The notes below the pieces were generated by a model. The model made no database searches. It saw only the letters and a list, made by a program, of their open reading frames with translations, and was not told the origin of the DNA. DNA of 63,746 bases, filler included, from Candidatus Nanoarchaeia archaeon (GTDB lineage Archaea; Nanobdellota; Nanobdellia; Woesearchaeales; DATDTY01): NCBI GenBank assembly GCA_035290625.1. It is 5 parts of 5 records of this genome, joined end to end, with 100 filler letters (N's around TTAATTAATTAA, not from the genome) between each part and the next. Parts side by side here need not be neighbours in the genome. Positions count along the whole stretch, not along the records: positions 39,294 to 51,721 come from DATDTY010000042.1; positions 51,822 to 60,195 come from DATDTY010000050.1; 3 more parts are not named here. The stretch is one strand, 5' to 3'. Made by a program: the position numbers and the translations under genes. Positions 42,434 to 53,105 of this stretch are shown here, one piece after another (positions within the stretch are counted from its first letter, which is position 1; the number at the start of each line of letters is the position of its first letter).

Positions 42434-43231
42434 TTAATGCTTGGGAAGAGATTCGGCAATGCATTTTAAAATCTTTGCTTCCGTGACTAGCAGATAGGCT
42501 CTCTCACGATCAACCCGCAGATGCTTATTAATGTTAAGGTGTCTGAGCAGAAATCTTACGGCCCTATCCACTGTCTCATAGTTTACTGGTGGGCTTCCGA
42601 GCTCTCCAAGCCGTATAATCATGGCTTTCAGTAAGGCTGGGCTATTAAGGTCGTTGTCTTTCTGTTTTAACACTCGCTTGCGAATAAGGGGGGGGAATGC
42701 TTCAGAGTTTATCTGTATTTTATCAATATCGGCTTTCGCCACTTTTTCCCTGAACTCTTGTTGCAATTGCTTCTCTTGCCATCTCCTTTGAAGTAAGGAA
42801 TAGTCTATTTTGTTCCAGAATTCCCAATGGCCCGAGGGGATAGCTGAATATGGCAGGAACGCCTGTACTGGATAAACGCATGCATTTAGGTAGATGTGGG
42901 TTATGAGGCTCAGGCATGCATCTTGCCTGCTGAGGTTTAATGTCTTTTCTTGACCCAATTCGGAGATTGAGACTAGGAGGTTGTCTTTTTCCGCCTGAAT
43001 CTTGAGATATTCAAGCGAACCTTTTGAAATGTTAGTTTTCTTTCCTTTAAAAAGACAAAATGCTGCATCCAGCAATCTTGGCTGGTTTTCTAGTGTGTGG
43101 GTGTAGAGGGAATTGAAGGGTTGCAGATGGAACTGTATCCCCGGGATCAACGAGAAGAACGCATTTGACTCGTCCGCATTGCAGCTCTTGAGGATTTTTT
43201 GTGATATAAGCAGATGTGTCTTGCTATCCAT
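42434..43231 (-). CDS. Hypothetical protein, possibly a degenerate zinc-hydrolase-like fold
   Basis: MDSKTH N-terminus and LITHIYLN; weak signal. Confidence 0.55.
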   Translation of the reverse strand: MDSKTHLLISQKILKSCNADESNAFFSLIPGIQFHLQPFNSLYTHTLENQPRLLDAAFCLFKGKKTNISKGSLEYLKIQAEKDNLLVSISELGQEKTLNLSRQDACLSLITHIYLNACVYPVQAFLPYSAIPSGHWEFWNKIDYSLLQRRWQEKQLQQEFREKVAKADIDKIQINSEAFPPLIRKRVLKQKDNDLNSPALLKAMIIRLGELGSPPVNYETVDRAVRFLLRHLNINKHLRVDRERAYLLVTEAKILKCIAESLPKH

Positions 43232-43327
43232 ACAGTTTAGGGATATACTTGTGGTTTTAAATTTTTGCGTTTGGCCTGATTTCGCAGAATCAAAAATTAT
43301 ATATACTAGTAAAAGTAACGATAGTGA

Positions 43328-44860
43328 ATGGGAGAAGGAAGGAATGGTATGCCTGGCAGGAACTTCAGAGTCCTACTCATCCACGCAAATTCTTCAATGG
43401 ACACGCTGATTCCACCCAATTTGGCAACCCTTTCTGCGTGCTTAAAGAGGGCAGGGAACGAAGTCAGGCTCTTTGACACTACTTTCTACAATACGCGGGG
43501 GTTTACTGGAGATGATGCCCGGGTAAGGACGTTGCAGGTCAAGGAGACGCATTTTTCTGATTATGGAATTTATTTTAATGATACAGATATGCTCCAGGAT
43601 TTTCTGGAGATGGTTGAAGAGTTTAAGCCAGACCTCATTGGCTTTTCTGCAGTTGAGTTAACATTTAAGATGGGAATGGAAATTATTGATGCTGTGAAGA
43701 GGGTTAAGTCCGAGATTGTTGTTGCTTGCGGCGGAGCACATGCTATGACTTCTCCAGAGGACGTTATAGATGAAAGGAATATCGATATTGTCTGTGTCGG
43801 AGAGGCTGAAAATTCTTTTGTTGAATTGTGTGAAAAATTGAGAAATAAGGAGGATTATACGGGAATCCTTAATCTCTGGGTAAAAAAGGATGGCAAGATT
43901 CATAAGAATAGGCTTGGAAATCTTATCGATATGGATGATTTGCCGATGCAGGATTGGGAGATTTTTGACAGGAGAAGGATCTACAAACCCATGTCCGGGA
44001 ATATCGGAAGGACTGGATGTTTTGAGCTGACCCGAGGATGTATCTACTCCTGCACGTTCTGCATAAATGAATTCCTCAATAAGGTTCACAAGCATAAGAG
44101 TTATCGGGAGAAGAGTATCCCTAAGTTTATCGATGAGGTGAAATATTTTAAAGACAAATACGGACTTGAATATGTCTATATTCTTGCGGAGATGTTCCTG
44201 CCAACATCAAAAGAGCGCATTAGAGAGTTTTCACGCTTATGGAAGGAAAAGGTTGGGATTCCTTTCTGGTGTCAGGTGAGGGTAGAAGGGGTTGACGAGG
44301 AGAATGTAAGGCTCCTTGAGGACGCCGGCTGTGTTTCGATATCTGCAGGGGTAGAAAGCGGAAATCAAGAGTTTAGAAGGAAAGTCATACACAGGATGAT
44401 GAGCAATGAGAAGATCGTTGAGGCCTTTCGGCTTCTTAAGAACAGCAAGATGCAGATTTCAGCAAATAGTATTATTGGATTTCCTGGAGAAACAAGGGAG
44501 CAGATATTTGACACAATTGAGTTGAATAGGAAACTTGGGCTTGATAATATCATGATACATGTCTTTAACCCTTATCGCGGGACTAGCTTATATGACCTTA
44601 GTGTTGAAAGGGGGTATATCCCCCAGGACCATATGGCCGGAGATTACAGGGCTGATTTTACTCTGAATATGCCCCATATATCCAAGGAAGAGATTCTCGG
44701 ATTGCAGAGAACGTTTGTACTGTATGCCAAGTTTCCAAGAGAGATGTGGCCTGAGATTAGGATAGCTGAGAAGTTTGATGAAGAAGGGAATAAAAAGTTT
44801 GAAGAATTGAGTAAGATTTACAGAGAGAAGTTCTTTTTGGAAAAACCTGTTATGCATTAA
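43328..44860 (+). CDS. B12-binding radical SAM enzyme
   Basis: N-terminal cobalamin-binding domain (GGAHA..PE, VGEAE); RGCIYSCTFC; GVESG. Confidence 0.93.
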   Translation: MGEGRNGMPGRNFRVLLIHANSSMDTLIPPNLATLSACLKRAGNEVRLFDTTFYNTRGFTGDDARVRTLQVKETHFSDYGIYFNDTDMLQDFLEMVEEFKPDLIGFSAVELTFKMGMEIIDAVKRVKSEIVVACGGAHAMTSPEDVIDERNIDIVCVGEAENSFVELCEKLRNKEDYTGILNLWVKKDGKIHKNRLGNLIDMDDLPMQDWEIFDRRRIYKPMSGNIGRTGCFELTRGCIYSCTFCINEFLNKVHKHKSYREKSIPKFIDEVKYFKDKYGLEYVYILAEMFLPTSKERIREFSRLWKEKVGIPFWCQVRVEGVDEENVRLLEDAGCVSISAGVESGNQEFRRKVIHRMMSNEKIVEAFRLLKNSKMQISANSIIGFPGETREQIFDTIELNRKLGLDNIMIHVFNPYRGTSLYDLSVERGYIPQDHMAGDYRADFTLNMPHISKEEILGLQRTFVLYAKFPREMWPEIRIAEKFDEEGNKKFEELSKIYREKFFLEKPVMH

Positions 44861-44894
44861 TTGGAGCACGATGGATTGCCCGTTTATCAGAGTA

Positions 44895-46028
44895 TTAGAG
44901 AATCCTTGTTAGTATCCCTCTCTCTATTGTTTCGGTTACCATTACAGGATTATTGATTACTCTTTGAGGGTTGAATCCATGATCTATGATGTTTCCTAAG
45001 TCCCCCCCATGGATTCCCAATCTGCTTAATCTTGTTTCAAGGCCTATCTGCTCCATTAGACTTATGAGTTTGTCTCTCGCTTCTTCTCCGTCTTTTGCAC
45101 TTAATAAGCTGAGTAATTCTGAAATGCGAGTTTTAACAGTATCTATTGCCAGCCCATTCTGTATGTTTTCCGGAGTTACATTTTCATTGATTGGAAAGAA
45201 ATAAGGAAGAGTAAGCATAACTGCGTGGCCATGGGGGATATTGTGGTATGCTGTTAATGGATAGGATATGGCATGCGCTGCTGTTGTTTTTGCTATGGCT
45301 ATCGATTTTCCTGCGAGATGGGCTGCATACATCATTGCTGCACGATTTTCGGGGGTTGGAGCATTAACAGCTTGGACAATATTGGAAAGAATGATAGGGA
45401 TTGCCTCCCTGCTGTATTGCCTTGATTCCTCTGTTGATTTAACAGACCATAATCCCTCTATGGCTTGCGCAAGAGCATCCACTCCTGTTTGAGCTGTGAT
45501 TTTTGGCGGGAGGGAATAGGTCAAAGATGGGTCTAAGAGGATATGTTCAGGGACCATACTAGGGTGAGCGAGAGAGTATTTTGTTTTATCAATGTATACA
45601 ACTGCAAATGGCGTTATTTCAGCTCCTGATCCGGAAGTGGTTGGAATGAGTATTCTTGGAAGATTGCTTCCATTTGCTTTTATTTTTGCGGTTATGTATT
45701 CTTTGATGGGCATTGTTTCTTTGTAAAGCAATGCTGCTGCTTTAGCTATGTCCATAACCTTCCCGCCACCGACTGCTATGATAAAGTCTATATTATTTTC
45801 CCGGATAAGGGTTATGGTCTTCCGGACGTCTTCTATTGATGGAATTTGATTGCGCGTTGAAGCATAGGTTACCCTATAGCCTTTAAGTTGAGGGCTGATG
45901 AGCTTCTCTGCTCCTGAGGCATAATACGAATTCTCTCCATTTAATAGGAGGATAGAGTGAGGCTTCTCTTTTTGGAGTATGCCTGCTATTTCATTTAGGG
46001 GGCTGGGATTTTCATATACGACTGCCAT
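44895..46028 (-). CDS. Phosphonoacetaldehyde reductase (iron-containing ADH, PhpC/FomC-like)
   Basis: GGGKVMD, PTTSGSGAEIT, HAISYP, PHGHA; adjacent to the decarboxylase. Confidence 0.88.
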   Translation of the reverse strand: MAVVYENPSPLNEIAGILQKEKPHSILLLNGENSYYASGAEKLISPQLKGYRVTYASTRNQIPSIEDVRKTITLIRENNIDFIIAVGGGKVMDIAKAAALLYKETMPIKEYITAKIKANGSNLPRILIPTTSGSGAEITPFAVVYIDKTKYSLAHPSMVPEHILLDPSLTYSLPPKITAQTGVDALAQAIEGLWSVKSTEESRQYSREAIPIILSNIVQAVNAPTPENRAAMMYAAHLAGKSIAIAKTTAAHAISYPLTAYHNIPHGHAVMLTLPYFFPINENVTPENIQNGLAIDTVKTRISELLSLLSAKDGEEARDKLISLMEQIGLETRLSRLGIHGGDLGNIIDHGFNPQRVINNPVMVTETIERGILTRIL

Positions 46029-46032
46029 AGGT

Positions 46033-47166
46033 TTAGCCTCTTGAGATATACTCCATAAATGCTTTTTTGTTTTCTATTGGAGTTATTGTGGGTCTTCCAA
46101 GATTGACCCTTGCTCCTTTGTTGATTTTGATTTCCAATAAAGATGGGCCGTCGATTGATTGAAGCAGACTTAATTTGCCCTTGATATCCTCAGGGGTTTC
46201 TGCGCATGCTGTGCTAGTATAACCGCAAGCTTTTGCGATAGCCGGAAGGTCTATGTTGAATGCTGCAGTAGGTTGCCCGCCGACAGAATCATGAGACCCG
46301 TTATTGAAGATGATATGCCTTAAATTCTTTGGTTTCTTATCGCCGATTATTGCAAGCACGCCCATATGCATTATTACGGCGCCGTCACCATCGAAGCAGT
46401 ATACATTTCTGCCAGGCCTTGATAGGGCGATGCCTAAAGCAATACTTGAGGAATGCCCCATAGAGCCAACGGTAAGAAAATCCTTTTTATGATCATGGCC
46501 GAGTTCTTCCCTAAATGCAAATACTTCCCGAGATGCCTTTCCTGTCGTGGATACTATGATATCATCATCCTTTAGGTTCCCTGCAATCAATTTTATTGCC
46601 TCTTCCCGGCTTAATTCAAATTTCACTTTTGTTTCGCTCTTAAGAGGGTATGCATTGAATGTTCCTTCTCTAACAACAAGCGCATAAGGAGTATTGCTAC
46701 CCTTCATTGAAGAATATGCCTTATCTACGGCTTCCTTCAGTTCTTTCCCCTCCTGCGGCAGGATGGAATAAGGTATCCCCAGCGTGTCTAACTGATCCAG
46801 GGTTATCTTTCCCATCTTTTTGTGCTGTGGCTCATCTTCGCGTTCTCCTCTCCAGCCTATAACCAACAGCACGGGAATGCTGTAAACGTCTGCATCTGTA
46901 AGCGAGGTTAAAGGATTGACGCAATTTCCCAAGCCAGAATTCTGCATGTAAACTACTCCGATCTGTTTGGTAGCAAGATGGTAGCCTGCTGCTAGCGCTA
47001 TTGCGTTTCCCTCATTTGCGCAGATGATATGATTTTTTGAATTGTCTGTGATGTAGGCACAAAAATGTGCCAGCAGCGAATCTGGGACCCCCGTAAATAA
47101 ATTGCTTCCGTTCTCTATAATGGATTCGTAAAGTATTTTTGCATCGATCATTTTATTCCTTTTCAT
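46033..47166 (-). CDS. aepY: Phosphonopyruvate decarboxylase
   Basis: GVPDSLL, NEGNA, YMQNSGLGN, EPQH, GSMGH, DGDG, HDSVGGQ. Confidence 0.96.
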   Translation of the reverse strand: MKRNKMIDAKILYESIIENGSNLFTGVPDSLLAHFCAYITDNSKNHIICANEGNAIALAAGYHLATKQIGVVYMQNSGLGNCVNPLTSLTDADVYSIPVLLVIGWRGEREDEPQHKKMGKITLDQLDTLGIPYSILPQEGKELKEAVDKAYSSMKGSNTPYALVVREGTFNAYPLKSETKVKFELSREEAIKLIAGNLKDDDIIVSTTGKASREVFAFREELGHDHKKDFLTVGSMGHSSSIALGIALSRPGRNVYCFDGDGAVIMHMGVLAIIGDKKPKNLRHIIFNNGSHDSVGGQPTAAFNIDLPAIAKACGYTSTACAETPEDIKGKLSLLQSIDGPSLLEIKINKGARVNLGRPTITPIENKKAFMEYISRG

Positions 47167-47187
47167 CTCCTCGGCATTTTTATTAGG

Positions 47188-48501
47188 TCATTTGCTTGCA
47201 GGTATCAAGGTGATTGTCTCTTTTATGGGATAGCATACCTCATTTGCCTCATGGCATCTTTCGTGCTTTAATATGAGTTTTGCTGTCTCCACCATTGCAG
47301 GATATGCGCTTCTCAGCATATGGTTTGCATAGATGACAATATTCACGCCAGCGTCCGCCAGTTCTCTTTCGGTGATATGACTATAGGTACTGGGCACCGC
47401 CACTAATGGCACTCTCTGCTCAAATTTGGCATAGAGATTGCAGAATTCAAGCACTTCCTTGGCGTTATCTGCCTTGCTGTGAATCATAATTCCATCTGCT
47501 CCTGCTTTTATATATGCTTGAGCCCTTTTTAGAGCGTCTCCATGCCCCTTCCCAAGGATTAGACTTTCAATCCTTGCAATAATCATAAAATCATCTGTGA
47601 CTTGTGCGTTCTTTCCTGTTTTTATCTTTCCGCAGAAATTCTGCACGCTATCTTGGGTTTGGCCTGCTTCGGCCCCGAAAAGGGAGTTCCTCTTTGCTCC
47701 GGTCTTATCTTCAATGATTACTGCTGAAACTCCAAGCCTTTCAAGTGTCTTAACCATGAATCCAAAATGCTCTGGCAGCCCTCCGTCGTCACCATCAAAG
47801 ATAAGTGGTTTTGTCGTTACCTCAAATATTTGATCTATGGTGTGCACCCGAGAACTTACATCTACAACTTTTGTGTCTGGCTTGCCTTTGGCAGTTGAGT
47901 CTGTCAGGCTGCTTGCCCACATTCCATCGAATTCTTTTACGTTGTCTCCTTCAATTAGCTGTGTGGTCTCAACTATTCTCCCTGTCAGACCGTTATGCAC
48001 TTCCATGATCCTTACAATTGGCTTAAGTTCTAATAATTTTTTTAGTTTCCTTAGGCGTATTTCGGGTGTTGTTCCTATCGCATTCATCCTACTAACTATT
48101 TGACTTGAAGAAATGTCTTTTGTATAGTCAACTTCTACAAGCTTCCCACCCCATTCCCTTAATACCTCAATTACTTTTGCCCGTGTTTCCTTTTGGGTGC
48201 CGGTTCTCCAATCAGTGCCGTGAACAACGTAGTCCGGCCTCATTTTTTTTAGGTTAGGAAGATAATCCAGAGATGCTTGCGGGATTACCTTTTCTATGCC
48301 TTTAATATTCTCAATTATTCTTTTTCTTTGTTCGTATGAGAGAAGTGGGAGGCGTTTATAGCCTGCCAATGCCATATCTGTCATCAAACCAACAGTTACT
48401 TCCCCTAATTTTCGTGCATTCTCTATAATATTTATATGCCCGTGGTGGATGATGTCAGCGGCCATGCTGACATATACCTTTGCTTTTTTCACTTCGCTCA
48501 T
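47188..48501 (-). CDS. aepX: Phosphoenolpyruvate mutase with N-terminal cytidylyltransferase domain
   Basis: HHGH CTase motif; PepM signature [17 protein letters not shown]. Confidence 0.97.
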   Translation of the reverse strand: MSEVKKAKVYVSMAADIIHHGHINIIENARKLGEVTVGLMTDMALAGYKRLPLLSYEQRKRIIENIKGIEKVIPQASLDYLPNLKKMRPDYVVHGTDWRTGTQKETRAKVIEVLREWGGKLVEVDYTKDISSSQIVSRMNAIGTTPEIRLRKLKKLLELKPIVRIMEVHNGLTGRIVETTQLIEGDNVKEFDGMWASSLTDSTAKGKPDTKVVDVSSRVHTIDQIFEVTTKPLIFDGDDGGLPEHFGFMVKTLERLGVSAVIIEDKTGAKRNSLFGAEAGQTQDSVQNFCGKIKTGKNAQVTDDFMIIARIESLILGKGHGDALKRAQAYIKAGADGIMIHSKADNAKEVLEFCNLYAKFEQRVPLVAVPSTYSHITERELADAGVNIVIYANHMLRSAYPAMVETAKLILKHERCHEANEVCYPIKETITLIPASK

Positions 48502-49226
48502 GCTTTTCTCTCTATTCGATTATTAGCGTATATCTGATTATTAGCGCGTTTGAGATCCTCTTGATTGTCTATTTCCATACAGAATCCGTTATAGTACAAT
48601 GGATGCATTTCTATTTCGCTGCTTAATTCATTCAACGCGTTCTCAGCATATTCCGAAACCCTTCCATTTGATATGAATTCACAGATTTTCCTCATCCAAA
48701 GAAGAAAATGTTCTTTTGATATCCGATAGATTGGTGCACAGAAATATGCCCCTTCTCCAAAGATATCCACCCCGATCTTTGCAATGCGTCCATCTATCAC
48801 TCTTGCCTTGAAATCTTTATCAGGAAGCTGAAGATTCTTGGCAAGAGGTATTGAAGTTACCTCTTGCTTAAGAAGGTTTGACAGTATGCTTTTTTCAAAG
48901 AGCAGATCTCCGTGCATAAATATCACATCTTCATTTATCAAATGGTGTGTGAGCCAGAGTGAGTAAATATAGTTGGTTTCTTTATACTTGCGATTCCTGA
49001 CGTATGTAATTGAGATTTTCGGAAAATTCTTTCTTACGTACGACTTGATCTGGTCCTCAAAGGGTCCTGTGGTGATTATTATGTCTGTGATGCCACAGGC
49101 AATTAACTCCCTTAATTGATGGCCAAGAATTTCAGTTCCGCCAACTTTGATCAAACATTTAGGAGTGTTGCTTGTCAACGAATTTAGTCTGCATCCCCGT
49201 CCAGAATTGACAATGATGGCCTTCAT
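48498..49226 (-). CDS. LicC/PntC-like nucleotidyltransferase
   Basis: MKAII..SG.G.RL...[25 protein letters not shown]. Confidence 0.88.
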   Translation of the reverse strand: MKAIIVNSGRGCRLNSLTSNTPKCLIKVGGTEILGHQLRELIACGITDIIITTGPFEDQIKSYVRKNFPKISITYVRNRKYKETNYIYSLWLTHHLINEDVIFMHGDLLFEKSILSNLLKQEVTSIPLAKNLQLPDKDFKARVIDGRIAKIGVDIFGEGAYFCAPIYRISKEHFLLWMRKICEFISNGRVSEYAENALNELSSEIEMHPLYYNGFCMEIDNQEDLKRANNQIYANNRIERKA

Positions 49227-49328
49227 TCGGCTTTGAGTGCATGGCCTATTTAAAAGCGTTCCACCGAAAACCTTAAATAGGATGCTGGCAACTTCCTGCA
49301 ATCTTTAAAGAGTTTTTCGGAGTGCTCT

Positions 49329-50921
49329 ATGGAACCGTTGCTGAAAAAGAAAGTCTTGCTTGTCAATCCAAAGCCTATGTCTGATAATTTCAGCAGCGGC
49401 CTTCCCATCGGACTTTTAGCTCTTGCTTCAGTGATCAGAGATGAGTACGAGGTTAAGATTGTTATGGCAAGACCTATGAGAGATTATTACAAAGAAGCCC
49501 TTAATTTTCTTGATGACGATACATTATGTGTAGGATTTAGTGTGATGACTGGTTATCAGATCACTGATGCTATCAATATTTGTAAGCTCATTCGAAAGAA
49601 AAATCCAAAGGTAAAGATTATTTGGGGAGGGGTGCATCCAACACTCCTTCCTGAGCAGACTGCAAAGAGTGAATGGGTCGATATTGTTATAAAAAGCTAT
49701 TGCGAGACTGCATTCAGGGAGATTGTTGATTGTTTAGCTCAGCACAAACCTTATGCTGATGTCAAAGGTATTGTTTACAGGGAAGGAAGCAATGTTGTGA
49801 GCACGCCTCCGCGCGTCATGGACGATCCTAATGATCTCCCAAGGATGCCTTACGAACTTGTAAGCGAGAGGATTTTGAATAATGATCTCGTCGATGATAA
49901 AACTGTTGAATATATAAGCAGCAGAGGATGTTTTTTTGAGTGCGCCTTTTGTTTTGAGATTAAGATGAGCCAAAAGGTTTGGAAAGGTCTTTCTTCTGGT
50001 AGAGTGCTAGATGATTTTGAATGGTTATCTAAGATATATGGTATAAAGAAGATTCGAATGCTTGACAGCCTGTTTTTTACAAATAAAAGAAGAGCTAAGG
50101 AGATATTCCAAGGGATTGTAGATAGAAAGATTCCAATAAGATTAGAGTTTCTGAATGGGAGAACGAGACAGTTGAATATGTATGAGCCCGAAATGTGGGA
50201 ACTGATGAAGAAATGCGGAGTGATTGAGTTTCTTGTAGGAGCGGAATCGGGAACTGATGCTGTGTTAGAGTTGATCAATAAAGGATGCAGCGTAGAAGAC
50301 ACAAAGAAACTTGTCAGAACATGTAATAAGTACGGATTGAAGGTTATTCTTTCATGCATGACTGGACTTCCTCAGATCCCCGGCTTGAGGATGAAGGAGG
50401 AATTTAATTCAACGCTGGATCTTATTGCCTATGCGTGGAGCATTAATTCTAATAATGATGCGTACCTTATACCCTTTACACCGTATCCTAACGGAACTGC
50501 GCTTTGGAATCTCTGTGTAAAGAACGGATATAAGGAACCCCAGACTTTGGAGGGGTGGGGAGAGGTGGAATCGTATCGGCATAATACTCCGTGGGTGCCG
50601 AGGAAGTACAAAAGATGGGTTCAGATGATTCAGTATGATTATATCTTTCCGTTCATAAATGGGAGCATAGAAAGATATTGGCTTCCAAAAGTAAAGAGAT
50701 TCAAACCAGTTGCAAAGATTGGCTACAAAGTTGCCTTATCTGTTGCTAGGTTTAGGTTTAGGCATAAGTTTTTTTATTTGCCTGCTGAATGGTATCTTAT
50801 ACGACTCTATAAATACTTACGAACGAAGCAAGAAGACAAAGTCAGATTAGCTGAATTACAAGGACGTGGGCTGGATTCAAAGCTTGATACGCTTATTTTT
50901 TCAAAAGCCGAGGCAAAATAA
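49329..50921 (+). CDS. B12-binding radical SAM enzyme
   Basis: PIGLLALAS, WGGVHPTLLPE, SRGCFFECAFC, GAESG. Confidence 0.93.
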   Translation: MEPLLKKKVLLVNPKPMSDNFSSGLPIGLLALASVIRDEYEVKIVMARPMRDYYKEALNFLDDDTLCVGFSVMTGYQITDAINICKLIRKKNPKVKIIWGGVHPTLLPEQTAKSEWVDIVIKSYCETAFREIVDCLAQHKPYADVKGIVYREGSNVVSTPPRVMDDPNDLPRMPYELVSERILNNDLVDDKTVEYISSRGCFFECAFCFEIKMSQKVWKGLSSGRVLDDFEWLSKIYGIKKIRMLDSLFFTNKRRAKEIFQGIVDRKIPIRLEFLNGRTRQLNMYEPEMWELMKKCGVIEFLVGAESGTDAVLELINKGCSVEDTKKLVRTCNKYGLKVILSCMTGLPQIPGLRMKEEFNSTLDLIAYAWSINSNNDAYLIPFTPYPNGTALWNLCVKNGYKEPQTLEGWGEVESYRHNTPWVPRKYKRWVQMIQYDYIFPFINGSIERYWLPKVKRFKPVAKIGYKVALSVARFRFRHKFFYLPAEWYLIRLYKYLRTKQEDKVRLAELQGRGLDSKLDTLIFSKAEAK

Positions 50922-51010
50922 AGAAAACCGAACGCATCCGCGGCCTAAAGGTCCTGGTTTTTGATAGTGCGATTCTCCAGACAAGAAAATTGCGGAGCGA
51001 TTTTCTGCCC

Positions 51011-51068
51011 GTGACCTCCTCCTGCGCAAACTGAACACTACGTTGTGATATGCATCTTGGTTCTTGAT
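51011..51068 (-). mobile_element. Decayed IS200 right-end relic lacking the terminal hairpin
   Basis: Aligns to 39053-39133 with the CCCCGCCC/GGGCGGGG hairpin deleted; encodes IKNQDAYHNVVFS. Confidence 0.75.
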
Positions 51069-51379
51069 GGAGGCCAAGAACCACCATTGTCGTGTGTAAG
51101 GGAATAGAGGATTATGCATGGACATTCGCAACGAATATTCATTTCAAGACTCGAGTAGAATATATCTGGCGATACAAGAGAAGATAACAAATAGAAACAA
51201 ATTTCAGAGTAGAAGATGATGGGAGGATTAAGAGCAAGAGTTGCTCTTATCTAATCGGGTATTTCTACTTTCTCGTGAGTTTATGGCTCCATCTCCTTTG
51301 GATTGTCAATAAGAATATTAACCCTTATGTTCCGTATAAGAAATATCTGGATATTGTTGAGCAGAGGCTCACGTTAGAG

Positions 51380-51665
51380 TATCTGGAGCTTCATGGAATT
51401 TGAGGCGACGCTATAGCGTTAGCTTTCATGGAATAGCAAGAAGCAGGGGGTGGAAAGGAATATCTGGGACTAATCTCTGATCCTAATGCACCTACGTATC
51501 CTCTAAGTGTATGAGGGGGGTGCTTAGAGACTATATGGAATGAGAACGTTCGTCTGTAATCGGAGATGCTGGGTCAGAACCGGCTCGATTGCAAGTTAAC
51601 TCACAATTAGAAAGATTTAAGGGGGCTTCAGCCCCCATCTAATGGATAGATGGGGGTGGTGGAGA
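51380..51665 (+). pseudogene. Possible heavily degraded tnpB with right-end hairpin
   Basis: Broken frames WKGI..., YVSSKCMRG, RTFVCN..C, followed by CCCCCATCTA-ATGGA-TAGATGGGGG. Confidence 0.35.
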
Positions 51666-51721
51666 CCCCACAATGCGAAAGAGAACATATGATGTAGACC
51701 TTAATAAAGTTGTTGCTAAGA

Positions 51722-51821
51722 NNNNNNNNNNNNNNNNNNNNNNNNNNNNNNNNNNNNNNNNNNNNTTAATTAATTAANNNNNNNNNNNNNNNNNNNNNNN
51801 NNNNNNNNNNNNNNNNNNNNN
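51722..51821. other. Artificial contig linker
   Basis: N-run with TTAATTAATTAA. Confidence 0.98.
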
Positions 51822-51941
51822 ACTGCGAATAGCATGCTCAAACGAGGCATGGGAGAAACCTTACGGGGGAAGTCCGTCGGCATGCAGGCAAGGCACTTCT
51901 ATATGAAGTGCTTTACGCATAATATGTTGGTGAGGGGTTAA
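51822..51941 (+). mobile_element. IS5/IS4-like DDE transposase C-terminus (truncated by gap)
   Basis: TANSMLKRGMGETLRGKSVGMQ....MKCFTHN pattern. Confidence 0.6.
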
Positions 51942-52060
51942 GATGGAACTTGCAATCGAGCCCGTAAATCAAAAACTTTAAATACTCTGAAAGGGGCGGT
52001 ATCCAAAAGGCACATATATTTGTATTGGCCTTGTAAAAAAACATCATCAAGCGAGGAGGA

Positions 52061-52996
52061 TTGCCCATGAGAGTCTCTTACCTATTATTCTTTGTTGTGA
52101 TAGCTCTAGGACTTGCAGCCTGTACGACACCGCAAGGAGGAGTCACTGTCCCTAATTCTCCCTATCAGGGCGGTTCTCAGGGATTAGTCCTGGAAATCGG
52201 GGACCTTGGAATCTTTAACGACCAAACCAACACAGAGGAGATTTTTGAAGGCGAGCCAATTCCTGTCGAGGTCACCCTGAAGAATAAGGGAGAATATGAA
52301 GTGCAGCCAGGAGAGGCAGCTGTAGATCTGCTCGGCATCTTCCAGAGTGATTTTTCAGGGCTTCCGGCAATCCGGCTTTCGAACACTGAGGCAATAGAAA
52401 AGGTTTCTGAATTCAACACTGAAGGAGGGGAGACAAGGCTAGCATTCACAGAAGGAAATGGAATGGTTGACCAGAGGCAGCTCGGGGATGCAAGCTTCAG
52501 GGATTTGAGCATTTTTACCAGGTATACCACACGCTATAAAACCTTTGCACTTGTGCCAAAGGTATGCTTCAAGGAAGACCTGCAGGATGAGAGTGTCTGT
52601 GATGTTGACGAGGTCAAGGATGTCTTCTCCTCTGGAGCTCCTATCCAGGTCAAGCGGGCGGAGGAGAGCAGGGCAGGAACTGGCCTGATTGCAGTTGAAT
52701 TTGAGGTTGAGAACGTCGGAGGAGGAGAATCAGCTGTCCATGGCCGTGCATTTGACAGCAGGTACAACGAGTTCGGGTTTGCAGTTGATCCTGCCGCAGA
52801 AGCTTCGATCTGGCAGTGCACATCGAGGGGCAGATCAGATTCTGCAAGATTTGACGCCAATGGAAAAGCGCAGATTCGCTGCAGGACAATCACTCCATTG
52901 CCGGAAAACGCGCTCTACACACGCCAGCTTGGATTGACGCTTGATTATGACTACCGGCTCATCACGCATGAGCAGGTCAGGATCATAAACCAGTAA
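52061..52996 (+). CDS. Putative surface lipoprotein (beta-rich)
   Basis: Signal peptide ending LGLAA-C; LKNKGE and FEVENVGGG Ig-like motifs. Confidence 0.7.
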   Translation: MPMRVSYLLFFVVIALGLAACTTPQGGVTVPNSPYQGGSQGLVLEIGDLGIFNDQTNTEEIFEGEPIPVEVTLKNKGEYEVQPGEAAVDLLGIFQSDFSGLPAIRLSNTEAIEKVSEFNTEGGETRLAFTEGNGMVDQRQLGDASFRDLSIFTRYTTRYKTFALVPKVCFKEDLQDESVCDVDEVKDVFSSGAPIQVKRAEESRAGTGLIAVEFEVENVGGGESAVHGRAFDSRYNEFGFAVDPAAEASIWQCTSRGRSDSARFDANGKAQIRCRTITPLPENALYTRQLGLTLDYDYRLITHEQVRIINQ

Positions 52997-53105
52997 CCTC
53001 TTTTATTTTTCAATATTATTTTCTTTTCTATTTTCTATTCACCCATTTTCAATATCTTTTTATAGGTATTAGCTCTTCTTTATCGAACTGCCTATCAGAC
53101 TAACC

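Noticed and set aside
43328..50921. Actual fosfomycin or methylphosphonate production
   Set aside because: No epoxidase (Fom4), FomD, resistance kinases or MpnS seen; glycan/lipid transfer genes favour surface decoration
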